A stretch of DNA of 64,000 nt from NCBI GenBank assembly GCA_034439575.1, contig JAWXAQ010000012.1, positions 143,815 to 207,814 of the forward strand, in the 5' to 3' direction. Shown here piece by piece: positions 9,730 to 18,905 of the stretch. The notes under the pieces were generated by a model. The model saw nothing but the letters and a program-made list of their open reading frames with translations. It made no database searches and was not told the DNA's origin. Position 1 is the stretch's first letter, and each line of letters starts with the position of its first letter. The translations under genes and the position numbers were made by a program. The DNA comes from Leptospira sp. (lineage in GTDB: Bacteria > Spirochaetota > Leptospiria > Leptospirales > Leptospiraceae).

Positions 9730-10680
9730 TTGAAACCTTACGCGAGTTTTGTTCCAGAAAAATTTGATTCTTTTCCAGTTCATCAATACCTATCTACAAG
9801 ATTTCCCTACCACACGATAGAAGAATGGACCGACCTTATATTGACTGGTTCAGTCAGTATAAATGGTAATCTTGCTAGAGAATTACAAATACTTACAAAG
9901 GGGGATGAAGTCTCTTATTTACCAAAAGGGTCAACGCATAGAGAGCCTCCAATAAATGCGGATTTTTCTATATTGTATGAATCGGATTGTTTTTTGGTCG
10001 TAAATAAACCGCCTAACATTCCTGTTCATCCAGCTGGTCGCTACCGCACACATACACTTTTAAATCTTTTAGAAAATGAAAGGGGAATTGGTACTTGTTA
10101 TCCAGTTCATAGATTAGATAGGGAAACTTCAGGCGTGATGTTATTTGCTAAAAACAAAGAATATCAATTGTTATTGCAAAGTCTTTTTGAGACGAGAGAA
10201 GTTAAAAAAGTTTATGAAGTGTTTGTCTTTGGTAAATTGAAAGATTCTGTTATTGCAGAAGGATTTATTGGTAGAGATTCAAAATCAGAAATTCGGAAAA
10301 AACAAAAATTTGCAAAAGAGTTTTTTGACCAGTCAAAAGTTTGTTTCACTGAATTTCAAAATTTAGGTTACGATACAGAAAAGGATACTTCTCATTTACT
10401 TGCTAAACCATCGACTGGTAGAATTCACCAAATTCGCGCTACATTATATTCATTAGGATTTCCCGTCGTCGGTGACAAACTTTACGGGAAAAGAGAATCT
10501 GCATTTTTGGATTTTGTTAAGTTAGGTGAAAGCGAAACTTTATCAATAGAACTGGGTCATAATAGGCAAGCGTTGCATGCCAAAGAGATTAGTTTTTTTG
10601 ACCCAATAGCACAAAAAGAATTTTTATTTGTGGCACCATTAACAAAAGATTTATGTCACTTGAGTAAGGCAGCTGATTAA
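9730..10680 (+). CDS. RluA family pseudouridine synthase with S4-like N-terminus
   Basis: VVNKPPNIPVHP, HRLDRETSG catalytic Asp, TGRIHQIR, GFPVVGDKLYG, QALHA. Confidence 0.95.
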   Translation: MKPYASFVPEKFDSFPVHQYLSTRFPYHTIEEWTDLILTGSVSINGNLARELQILTKGDEVSYLPKGSTHREPPINADFSILYESDCFLVVNKPPNIPVHPAGRYRTHTLLNLLENERGIGTCYPVHRLDRETSGVMLFAKNKEYQLLLQSLFETREVKKVYEVFVFGKLKDSVIAEGFIGRDSKSEIRKKQKFAKEFFDQSKVCFTEFQNLGYDTEKDTSHLLAKPSTGRIHQIRATLYSLGFPVVGDKLYGKRESAFLDFVKLGESETLSIELGHNRQALHAKEISFFDPIAQKEFLFVAPLTKDLCHLSKAAD

Positions 10681-10770
10681 ACTATGTCGCTAAATCATTT
10701 TTAAAAAACATTCCATTTCTTTTCACAATTGTACCGATCCTTTCATTAAGAAAGGAGGCTTTTGCAACGG

Positions 10771-11925
10771 ATGGCAGAGGCAACAAAGTTACTACGCGAT
10801 GAAAGTCGCTATTTATATGGAGAGTTTTGGACCGCAAAACAGCGGCAAGGTCATCCAATTCATCATACAATCAGTTATAGGGCTTCGTTTAAGCCAGAAT
10901 TACCTGCTTTTTTTATAAAAGAATTATTGAAAAAAAAGAAAAGTATAGTTTATGATCCGTTTGGTGGGCGTGGTACAACGGCAGTTCAGGCAAATATAGA
11001 AGGTCATATCGCAATTCATAATGACATTCATCCATTATCAATATTTTTGGCGAGTGCTAGACAATATGTACCTTCTTTGGAAGAACTTACTCGTAAAGTA
11101 GAGTCCCTCGATTTAAGTAAACTTTGTCCAGAGGAGCCAGAAGATGAAATGTTACTTCCATTTTATCATCCTAAAACTCTTTCTGAGATAAAAAATTTGA
11201 GGAAGATTCTCGCAGTTGATGATTCTCCATTAATGAGATTTATCGGACTTATCGCATTGTCTCGGTTACATGGACATAGCACAGGTTTTTTTTCTGTTTA
11301 TACATTCCCGCAAGTTTCTATTCCATCTGATGCACAACGAAAGAATAATATAAAAAGAAACCAAATTCCGGAATATAGAGAAATTAAATCGCGAATCATT
11401 CAAAAAATGAAACGAGATCTTTCCGCACCTATGCCTCCTTTTTATCATGAATTCTCAAAGTTAAATCAGTATACACTCGCTTCGGCAAACCATGTGCCAG
11501 ACATTCAATCCGGTAGTGTTGATTTAATTGTTACTTCCCCACCTTTCTTGGATAAGGTGGACTATGAAGGTGACAATTGGTTAAGACATTGGTTTTTAAA
11601 TATTCCTAAAAATAAAGAACGTAAGTTGAGTATTTTTAGCAATGTTGTGGAATGGAACCAGTTTATTAAATCTACGCTTATGGAATCAGCTCGCATTTTG
11701 AAGAAAGGTGCGCATATGGTGATGGAAGTAGGTGAAGTGAAAAAAGGGAATCAGATCATTAATTTAGATGAAGATGTCGTCAATATGGCAATAGGATCAG
11801 GCTTACAATGGGCAAAGACCTATATACATACACAACAATTTACTAAGTTATCCAATTGTTGGCAAGTATCGAACAATGAGAAGGGTACCAATTCGAATCG
11901 ATGTGTTGTACTTCGCAAAATTTAG
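10771..11925 (+). CDS. Orphan amino-(N4-C/N6-A) DNA methyltransferase, alpha motif order
   Basis: Motif [11 protein letters not shown] near the N-terminus, motif [12 protein letters not shown] near the C-terminus; AAGGAGG upstream; start 10762 (TTG) or 10771 (ATG). Confidence 0.85.
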   Translation: MAEATKLLRDESRYLYGEFWTAKQRQGHPIHHTISYRASFKPELPAFFIKELLKKKKSIVYDPFGGRGTTAVQANIEGHIAIHNDIHPLSIFLASARQYVPSLEELTRKVESLDLSKLCPEEPEDEMLLPFYHPKTLSEIKNLRKILAVDDSPLMRFIGLIALSRLHGHSTGFFSVYTFPQVSIPSDAQRKNNIKRNQIPEYREIKSRIIQKMKRDLSAPMPPFYHEFSKLNQYTLASANHVPDIQSGSVDLIVTSPPFLDKVDYEGDNWLRHWFLNIPKNKERKLSIFSNVVEWNQFIKSTLMESARILKKGAHMVMEVGEVKKGNQIINLDEDVVNMAIGSGLQWAKTYIHTQQFTKLSNCWQVSNNEKGTNSNRCVVLRKI

Positions 11926-11990
11926 ATTTTTTATTTTATATTTCGGAATATTTAATGGATAATTACAAATTGTAAATTAGTCTAAACATT

Positions 11991-12404
11991 ATGAATATGA
12001 GAAGAAATACTATCGGTTTTATCCTTTTGAGCATGATGTTTTCAATTTTTTCAGCATCTGCACAAACGATAAGTAATCATCCTATCACTATATCTCTGAA
12101 AAAGGAAATGGACGGAAAGTATAACTTACTATTAGAACTTCCACCAAATTATGGATTTCAAAGAGAAGCACCTCATAAAATTTTATTGTCAGGAACTAAT
12201 GGTGTAAAAGTGAAAAAGGCGGATTTAAAATTGAATGGACCCATACATCCAAGTAAATCCGAATATTATGAATTTGTAAAACCTATGCCGATTGAACTTT
12301 CCGGCAAAGGTAAGTTAGATGTAAATGCTAAGATTTACTATTGCAATTTTGTAAAGAACATCTGTATTCCAGCCAAATTAAACGAAACACTCGACATTCC
12401 TTAA
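11991..12404 (+). CDS. Exported protein, MPL17-like (DsbD N-terminal Ig-like fold with C-x6-C)
   Basis: Signal peptide ending ASA-Q; NYGFQREAPHKILL and YYCNFVKNICIP recall leptospiral MPL17 (from memory, unverified). Confidence 0.65.
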   Translation: MNMRRNTIGFILLSMMFSIFSASAQTISNHPITISLKKEMDGKYNLLLELPPNYGFQREAPHKILLSGTNGVKVKKADLKLNGPIHPSKSEYYEFVKPMPIELSGKGKLDVNAKIYYCNFVKNICIPAKLNETLDIP

Positions 12405-12424
12405 TGTATTATTGTATCAGTGGT

Positions 12425-12889
12425 CTACTCAAGACCACTGGTAACTAATTGTTTTAAATCCTTCTTTTGAATCTGGTAAAGAAAAAAATAACGACCACCG
12501 ATAGAAATATTTTTATCTAATATTTTCCCTTCTTTAGATATATCTCTAAGTTCTTTTTTACCTTTTTCAGAAAGAATTGGTGGAGCATATGTTTTTAATA
12601 AATTTAAAGCTTTGTGTTCTGCAATCGTCTTAGCTTCTGCTAACCGGCCTTCAGCGTCAGTCAATACACTTGAAATGGCCACTTGAAAGAGGGAACTCGT
12701 GATAAATCCTTCTTTTGCTTTTGTAAACTCGATCACTTCGGGAGAATTTTCTTTGTTTTCTTCAACCGCTTCTATCGTCTCTACTGGCTTTTTGTTTTCT
12801 TGGGTAGGAGCTGTTTTGCAATTCAGAATCAAAGTGAAAATGCTTAAGCTAACGAGGATTATTGTTTTTGTATTGTTTTTCTGATTCAT
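12425..12889 (-). CDS. Lipoprotein, LPP20/LipL21-like fold suspected
   Basis: Spirochaetal lipobox LILNC; EGFITSSLFQV motif shared with the neighbouring gene. Confidence 0.8.
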   Translation of the reverse strand: MNQKNNTKTIILVSLSIFTLILNCKTAPTQENKKPVETIEAVEENKENSPEVIEFTKAKEGFITSSLFQVAISSVLTDAEGRLAEAKTIAEHKALNLLKTYAPPILSEKGKKELRDISKEGKILDKNISIGGRYFFLYQIQKKDLKQLVTSGLE

Positions 12890-13556
12890 TTAAAATACTC
12901 TCTTCCTTTCTATAGATGGAATCTGGGATTGACGTGCTCTCCACCTTTGCATAGAGATCTTCCTGAATAATCCTAAATAGGAAAGCACATTTTGATTTGT
13001 TTGTATAATCTTCTTTATACAGATTTAAATCCTTAAAAAACCACGAAAAATTTTGGATGTAGGGTATTTGCTCGGTAATATTAATTTTTTCAGCAGGCTT
13101 CTGTGTAATAGGATTATTAGTTAGTTGGTTTTGATTTGTTTGGGTATTTGTGTTCGTTGTAGTTCCTGTGACTCCAGGGATTAATGCACCACCCGGAAGA
13201 TTGGAATTTTGTGCATCTTTTTGCGTTTGTAAAATTCTCGCCTTTCCTTCTTTCGTTTGATTGTATCGTTCAATGCTATCACCAAATCGGTATTTGTCTC
13301 TATGAACTTCGATTAGATATGGGAGTGCCACTTCTTCTCGTTTTAAAAGTGCCAATTTTTTACATTCAGCTCTTTTTTCTTTGCCAGAAAGTTCTTTGGA
13401 TGGGTATAGAATTTCAATTTTGATCTGAAAGAATTCTCTTGAGATAAACCCTTGGTCGCTTTCATTTTGCAATGCATGTTCTACAAGGGATGGGTCAGAA
13501 GGTCGAAAAGAGGAACATGAGAAACAAAAGAGAAAAATTAGAAGTTTACGATTCAT
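12849..13556 (-). CDS. Lipoprotein, paralogue of the downstream lipoprotein with a T/N/Q-rich insertion
   Basis: Lipobox FCFSC; QGFISREFFQI motif; low-complexity TTTNTNTQTNQNQ insert. Confidence 0.8.
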   Translation of the reverse strand: MNRKLLIFLFCFSCSSFRPSDPSLVEHALQNESDQGFISREFFQIKIEILYPSKELSGKEKRAECKKLALLKREEVALPYLIEVHRDKYRFGDSIERYNQTKEGKARILQTQKDAQNSNLPGGALIPGVTGTTTNTNTQTNQNQLTNNPITQKPAEKINITEQIPYIQNFSWFFKDLNLYKEDYTNKSKCAFLFRIIQEDLYAKVESTSIPDSIYRKEESILNESEKQYKNNNPR

Positions 13557-13580
13557 TTTCCTCTCTCAGGATTGCAGAAG

Positions 13581-15128
13581 ATGTTAAAAATACGAATCTT
13601 TTTCCTTTTTTTTCTACTCATAACTTTTGATATTATTGCCGAACCCAATTTTTTTTCGGCCTCAGAGAAACAATTTTCAGATAAAATTAAAAAGATAAAA
13701 CTAGAAAATGGCCTGACCGTGATCATGATGAAACGCGGAACATCCCCGACTTTGGCCTTATATATAAAATTTAAAGTCGGTGCTGTGGATGAAACGCCTG
13801 AACTTGCAGGCACAGCCCACCTATTAGAACATATGCTTTTTAAAGGGACTAAAAATGTAGGAACCGTAGACTATACGAAGGAAAAAAAATACCAAGACCA
13901 AATCGAAGTTTGGGGAACAAAATTGGATAACCTTCGCTTAAGTGAACGTGAGTTAAGTGAAAGAGGGATGGAAATACCATCTTCGTTAAAGAAAGAGATT
14001 CAAACTTTCGAAAGGCGTCTCAAAAATTTAATTTTACTTCAAGATGAATTGATCCTAAAAAATGAAGATTCATATATTTACGAACAGAATGGAGAAGTGG
14101 GATTCAATGCTTATACCTCCCAAGACGTAACTAACTATCAAATTCAATTGCCTTCCAATAGATTAGAAATTTGGGCAAAAATTGAATCTGATCGATTGAA
14201 AAATCCTATTTTACGTGAGTATTATACGGAAAGAGATGTGGTAATTGAAGAGAGGCGTATGCGCACCGATGATAGTGGAGCGGGCGTTCTGCGAGAAAGA
14301 TTTTTTTCTGTTGGATTTGAAAATCATCCCTATCGGAAACCAGTCATTGGTTATGCGACAGGGCTTCCTTTTTTGAAAATTGATGATACGATTAAATTCT
14401 TTAAGGAAAATTATACACCGAATCGTATGGTTATCTCTATTGTCGGAGATGTAGACTTTAATGAAACAGAAAGTATCGTAAGAAAGTATTTTTCTGATTT
14501 GCCAAAAGGTAAAGATAGACCACCTTACAAAGTGGAAGAAAAACAATATTTGGGCGAAAAAAGATTCAAAGTCCATCATCCTTCCAGTGAACAATTTATG
14601 ATGGGTTGGTTGAAACCACCATATCCGCATAAAGACAATGCAGTTTTTGATGTACTATCAAATTTATTAACAACAGGCGCTGGTTCAAGATTAAACCAAA
14701 GATTGGTTTTAAATGATAAAACAGTAAACTCTGTGGGATCAGCCAATGGATACCCAGGTGAGAGGTACCAAAACTTTTTCACTTTATTCATTAAACCACA
14801 GTCAGGTGCTAATGAAATCCAAATTGAAAAAGCAATTTGGGAAGAATTGGAAAAAATCCAAGAGAACGGTGTGAGCCAGGATGATTTAGAAAAAGTAAAA
14901 AACCAAATGATATCTGAATTTGTCCGAACTATGGATGAAAACGGTACCATTGCTGATTTACTTTCTTATTATGAATTGTTATATGGTAGTTGGAACCAAC
15001 TTTTTTCTCAATATACGGCGATTCAAAGTGTGACTTCCAATGACATTCAAAATGTGATTCGCACTTACATCACTAAAAATCGGGTCGTTGTCGGTAGCCT
15101 TATCGATGTTAGAAAGACTGGAAAATAA
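13581..15128 (+). CDS. M16 family zinc metallopeptidase, catalytic subunit, exported
   Basis: LENGL, GTAHLLEHMLFKGT (HxxEH), NAYTS, VVIEERR; N-terminal signal peptide. Confidence 0.95.
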   Translation: MLKIRIFFLFFLLITFDIIAEPNFFSASEKQFSDKIKKIKLENGLTVIMMKRGTSPTLALYIKFKVGAVDETPELAGTAHLLEHMLFKGTKNVGTVDYTKEKKYQDQIEVWGTKLDNLRLSERELSERGMEIPSSLKKEIQTFERRLKNLILLQDELILKNEDSYIYEQNGEVGFNAYTSQDVTNYQIQLPSNRLEIWAKIESDRLKNPILREYYTERDVVIEERRMRTDDSGAGVLRERFFSVGFENHPYRKPVIGYATGLPFLKIDDTIKFFKENYTPNRMVISIVGDVDFNETESIVRKYFSDLPKGKDRPPYKVEEKQYLGEKRFKVHHPSSEQFMMGWLKPPYPHKDNAVFDVLSNLLTTGAGSRLNQRLVLNDKTVNSVGSANGYPGERYQNFFTLFIKPQSGANEIQIEKAIWEELEKIQENGVSQDDLEKVKNQMISEFVRTMDENGTIADLLSYYELLYGSWNQLFSQYTAIQSVTSNDIQNVIRTYITKNRVVVGSLIDVRKTGK

Positions 15129-15131
15129 TTT

Positions 15132-16544
15132 ATGAAAATTTTAATTGTATTTTTAATAACATTCGCATTAAATCTTTCCGCTTACGAAATCGGAGATTTT
15201 GTTCGAGATATCAAATTGAAATCCTTGGATTTCCCATTTCCTAAAATTTCTTCAGAATCTTCAAATGATAATACTGAAATTCTAAGTCTACCAAATGCTG
15301 ATTTTCCTATTGTATTTGCAGAATTTCAGATTTATTACGGCAAAAAGAATATTGGTAATAGAAAGACGGCAATTGTTCATCTACTTGAAGATGCCTGGCA
15401 ATTCTCTGGATCAAAATCATATCCAAAAGATAAATTATTACAAGAATTTGAAAAGTTAGGTGCTACTTTTTCTTTAGACTTAGATTATGAAAAGACGATT
15501 CTATCTGTTTCTTATTTAAAAAAAGACGAGAAACGGGTGATTGAACTTTTATCTTCTTTTTGGAATGAACCTATTTTAGATTCTGAAATTGTAACGACCA
15601 TGCGAGAACGTATCGCAGATAAAATTCGCAGAAGAAATGACAACCCAACAAGTATTGGAATGAGAAAATTAAAAGAAAGAGTTTTTAAAAATACGATAGC
15701 TGGTAAAGTTTCAACTATAGATGGTTTAAATTCTGTAACGATTGATGATTTAAGCTTATTTCAAAAAGAAATCTTATCAGAAAGGAACCGAAAACTTCTA
15801 TTAACTGGTGATGTAGATATCAAATTGTGGAAAGAATATCTCTCTAAATTTCCAATCAATAATCAAACATTATCTACTGCTGAAATCGTAAAGTTTGATG
15901 ATATTAAAAAGAATATAAATTTAATCGAAAAGAAACATATACTTGTAGAGAAGGATGTTTCGCAATCTTTTGTGGCGATGATGGGAGTTTTGCCCAAGCA
16001 CAATGATCCAGACTTTTATGCGATTCAGGTTTTAAATTATATAATTGGTGGTGGTGGATTTAACTCCTATTATATGAGAGAAATTCGAAATAACCGAGGT
16101 CTTGCTTATTCTGCTGGTAGTTCATGTGATTTTCAAAAAGAATATGGAACCATACAATTCTATGCGATGACAAAAGCAGAATCAACGGTGGAAGTTTTAA
16201 AACTGATGCAAGATTTGATTCAATCCGATTTTATTTCCACACTTAAAGAAGAAGAATTAAAACGAGCCACTGTCGCCATTACAAATCAGTTTGTATTCTT
16301 ATTTGACGATTCAAAAAAAGTATTACGAAATGAATTAAGATTTCGTGACCATGAAATGCCAGAAGGCTATCTTTTAAATTTTAGAAAGAACATAGAAGCA
16401 GTAAAGTTAGATGATATCAAAAAGGTTGGCAAAAAGTATTTTGATCCAAGTCACTTAACCATAATGATCGTGGGACCTAAACAATTGAAAGAAAAACTTG
16501 GAAATGATTTCACTTTGATACAACCCGAAGATATAATACCTTAA
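15132..16544 (+). CDS. M16 family peptidase, non-catalytic partner subunit
   Basis: HxxEH degenerate (HLLED); IGGGGFNS...EIRNNRGLAY; signal peptide; tandem with the catalytic subunit. Confidence 0.9.
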   Translation: MKILIVFLITFALNLSAYEIGDFVRDIKLKSLDFPFPKISSESSNDNTEILSLPNADFPIVFAEFQIYYGKKNIGNRKTAIVHLLEDAWQFSGSKSYPKDKLLQEFEKLGATFSLDLDYEKTILSVSYLKKDEKRVIELLSSFWNEPILDSEIVTTMRERIADKIRRRNDNPTSIGMRKLKERVFKNTIAGKVSTIDGLNSVTIDDLSLFQKEILSERNRKLLLTGDVDIKLWKEYLSKFPINNQTLSTAEIVKFDDIKKNINLIEKKHILVEKDVSQSFVAMMGVLPKHNDPDFYAIQVLNYIIGGGGFNSYYMREIRNNRGLAYSAGSSCDFQKEYGTIQFYAMTKAESTVEVLKLMQDLIQSDFISTLKEEELKRATVAITNQFVFLFDDSKKVLRNELRFRDHEMPEGYLLNFRKNIEAVKLDDIKKVGKKYFDPSHLTIMIVGPKQLKEKLGNDFTLIQPEDIIP

Positions 16545-17380
16545 TGGGAAATGTATTATTTTCGCATAAGAATTGGAAATTTGATGGAATTTCAGAAGGT
16601 GGGATTAGAACTTCTATCACATTTCCTTCCTTAGATCTTATGTTTGATTTTGGATCTGTAAATCCAGATAAGATTCATATCAGTCAAATTTTACTTACTC
16701 ATGCACATTTAGATCATTCGGCAGGCATTCCTTATTATGTTTCGCAGCGTTCTCTTCGTAAATTACCTCCTCCTAAGATATTTGTTCCTAAATCTCTCGT
16801 AGAAAATTTAAACAAAATTTTAAAATTGTACTCTGAGATAGAAGATTTTGATTACAAATATGATGTGATTGGTGTCGATCATTTTGAATCAGTTCCATTG
16901 AAACCAGGATTTTTTTTTACAGCACTTCCATCCTTTCATCGTGTGCCTTCGCAAGGTTATACGATCTTTGAAACAAAAAGAAAATTACAAAAAAAATATT
17001 CTCATTTGGATCAAAATGAAATTCGTGATATGAAAGAAGGTGGATTCGATCCGACTGAAGAAGTTATAAGTCCACTCGTTTCTTTTTCTGGTGATACAAA
17101 AATAGAATACTTATTGGAAAACGAGAGTGTTCGTAAGAGTCAGATATTGTTTTTAGAGTGCACCTATTATTGTGAAAATCGTGGAGTGGAAAGAGCACGG
17201 GAGTGGGGTCATACACATTTAGACGAAATAGTGAAACACGCAGATGCCTTTGAAAATGAAGCTCTCGTACTCATCCATCCTTCCAAAAGGTATAGCTATA
17301 GAGAATTGCATGAATGGATACAAAAAAAGTTACCTGAACAATTATTGCAAAAAACGCATTTATTCATTCCTAAAAGATAA
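16544..17380 (+). CDS. MBL-fold metallo-hydrolase, tRNase Z-like (TM-type motifs)
   Basis: DGISEGG, THAHLDH, HRVPSQGY, KRKL, FSGDT, LECT, GHTH; TAATG coupling with the upstream gene. Confidence 0.85.
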   Translation: MGNVLFSHKNWKFDGISEGGIRTSITFPSLDLMFDFGSVNPDKIHISQILLTHAHLDHSAGIPYYVSQRSLRKLPPPKIFVPKSLVENLNKILKLYSEIEDFDYKYDVIGVDHFESVPLKPGFFFTALPSFHRVPSQGYTIFETKRKLQKKYSHLDQNEIRDMKEGGFDPTEEVISPLVSFSGDTKIEYLLENESVRKSQILFLECTYYCENRGVERAREWGHTHLDEIVKHADAFENEALVLIHPSKRYSYRELHEWIQKKLPEQLLQKTHLFIPKR

Positions 17381-17386
17381 TTCCAA

Positions 17387-18046
17387 ATGAAAAAACGTAC
17401 ATCCATTTTTACACCTAACATGGAAGCCTATATAGATTCAGAACTTGTGAAACGGCCTCACCCTTTATTTTTTGAAATGGAAGCATATGCCTTAGAACAT
17501 TCAGTTCCTATTGTGAGTGCAGCGACTGGTGCCGTGTTAAAATCATTGCTACAAACTTGGAATCCGAAAGAAGTATGGGAACTTGGCACAGGCATTGGGT
17601 ATTCAACTCTTTGGATGGCAATGGGTGCAACTAATGCAAATATTACGACCTTAGATAGAAATCCACACCAAGCTTCACTTTTAGAAAAATATGCATCTAT
17701 CATTTTAGAAAATGGAAAAAATAGGATTCGATATATTTCAAGTTGGGTAATGGATTATATGTATGCTAATATCAATGAATGGGCTAATGCAGATTTAGTT
17801 TTTATCGATTGTGATAAAGTAACCTATCCAGAGTTATGGGATATTGTTTCCTTTCATTTGAAAATAGGTGCACGGATTGTTTATGATAATGTTTTGTGGC
17901 ATGGAAGACTCATTGATGAGAGCTTTCAGAATCCGTCTGATATCGCGGTGCGAGCATTATGGAAGCGAGTCAAAGAATCTACTTTTAATTATACACTTTT
18001 CCCAGTTGGCGATGGACTGCTTGTTGCTGAAAAAATGAAAAAATAG
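17387..18046 (+). CDS. O-methyltransferase (COMT/CCoAOMT/TrmR-like)
   Basis: ELGTGIGYS, DLVFIDCDK, YDNVLWHG, PVGDGL. Confidence 0.92.
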   Translation: MKKRTSIFTPNMEAYIDSELVKRPHPLFFEMEAYALEHSVPIVSAATGAVLKSLLQTWNPKEVWELGTGIGYSTLWMAMGATNANITTLDRNPHQASLLEKYASIILENGKNRIRYISSWVMDYMYANINEWANADLVFIDCDKVTYPELWDIVSFHLKIGARIVYDNVLWHGRLIDESFQNPSDIAVRALWKRVKESTFNYTLFPVGDGLLVAEKMKK

Positions 18047-18106
18047 TAGTCAACCTTCCTTTCGTTTATACATATAGGTAGATATTTTAGGAGAGATCTT
18101 CGAAAC

Positions 18107-18865
18107 ATGAAAACTTTATTGATACTATTACTTTCATTCTCTAGTTTTATTGTACTATTCGCGCAGGAAACCGCAACCGTTGACCGTGGTAAAGAGTCCC
18201 AAGAAGAGATGGAAAAATTGGACCAAGGTTCCAATTTAGAACGTAAACAATATAGAGAAATTTCTGAAAAGTATCGTGAACGCATTGCCAATGGTATCAA
18301 ATTACTTACCATAGTATCAGCTAACTTTGGTGAGGAAGTGCCAGATTCCAAAACAGCCCTCGAAAATATCATTAAAGAAAATCAAATCGCTCTTAGATAC
18401 TATTACAGAAATGCACATGTTGCCTCTGGGAAAAGTACACAAAAAGTGGATAAAGATCTGACTGCCTTACTTGGAAAATTTGCAAAGGTGTATGATACAA
18501 AAACACAAAATTTGTTGACTGAGTGTGCTGATTCCATCACAAAACAAGAGCAAACGCAATTAATCAATGATTCCCAAGATTCATCCAAGTCATTTAGTAG
18601 TAATTTTGTCGATGTTACAGATAGTACGCATAAATTAAAAATTGCTTATAACCAGTTATCCTTAGCTCTTGATATGGCGAGAGATGATAGATTTTATAAT
18701 GCCATCATTCATTTTAGAATTGCTAAAGATTATGGTATTAAAATTCTAACAGACCTTAAGGAAGCGGAAGCGGATAAAAAAGCTGTAACAGACAAATATG
18801 TTAAGGATCTGGCTGACAATAGAAATATGATTAGTGGTGGCGGTTCTAGTGTACCGAAAAAATAG
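18107..18865 (+). CDS. Exported all-helical hypothetical protein
   Basis: Signal peptide (…IVLFA-Q), helical composition, AGGAG upstream. Confidence 0.82.
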   Translation: MKTLLILLLSFSSFIVLFAQETATVDRGKESQEEMEKLDQGSNLERKQYREISEKYRERIANGIKLLTIVSANFGEEVPDSKTALENIIKENQIALRYYYRNAHVASGKSTQKVDKDLTALLGKFAKVYDTKTQNLLTECADSITKQEQTQLINDSQDSSKSFSSNFVDVTDSTHKLKIAYNQLSLALDMARDDRFYNAIIHFRIAKDYGIKILTDLKEAEADKKAVTDKYVKDLADNRNMISGGGSSVPKK

Positions 18866-18877
18866 TATTTAATCTAA

Positions 18878-18905
18878 GGGTGGATTACTCTGCCCAATTT
18901 TTATT
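18878..18905 (+). terminator. Weak hairpin or possible intrinsic terminator
   Basis: GGGTGGA-TTAC-TCTGCCC (two G:U pairs) followed by AATTTTTATT. Confidence 0.4.

Noticed and set aside
10771-12404. Restriction-modification system
   Set aside because: The downstream gene has a signal peptide and no nuclease motif; the upstream gene is rluA
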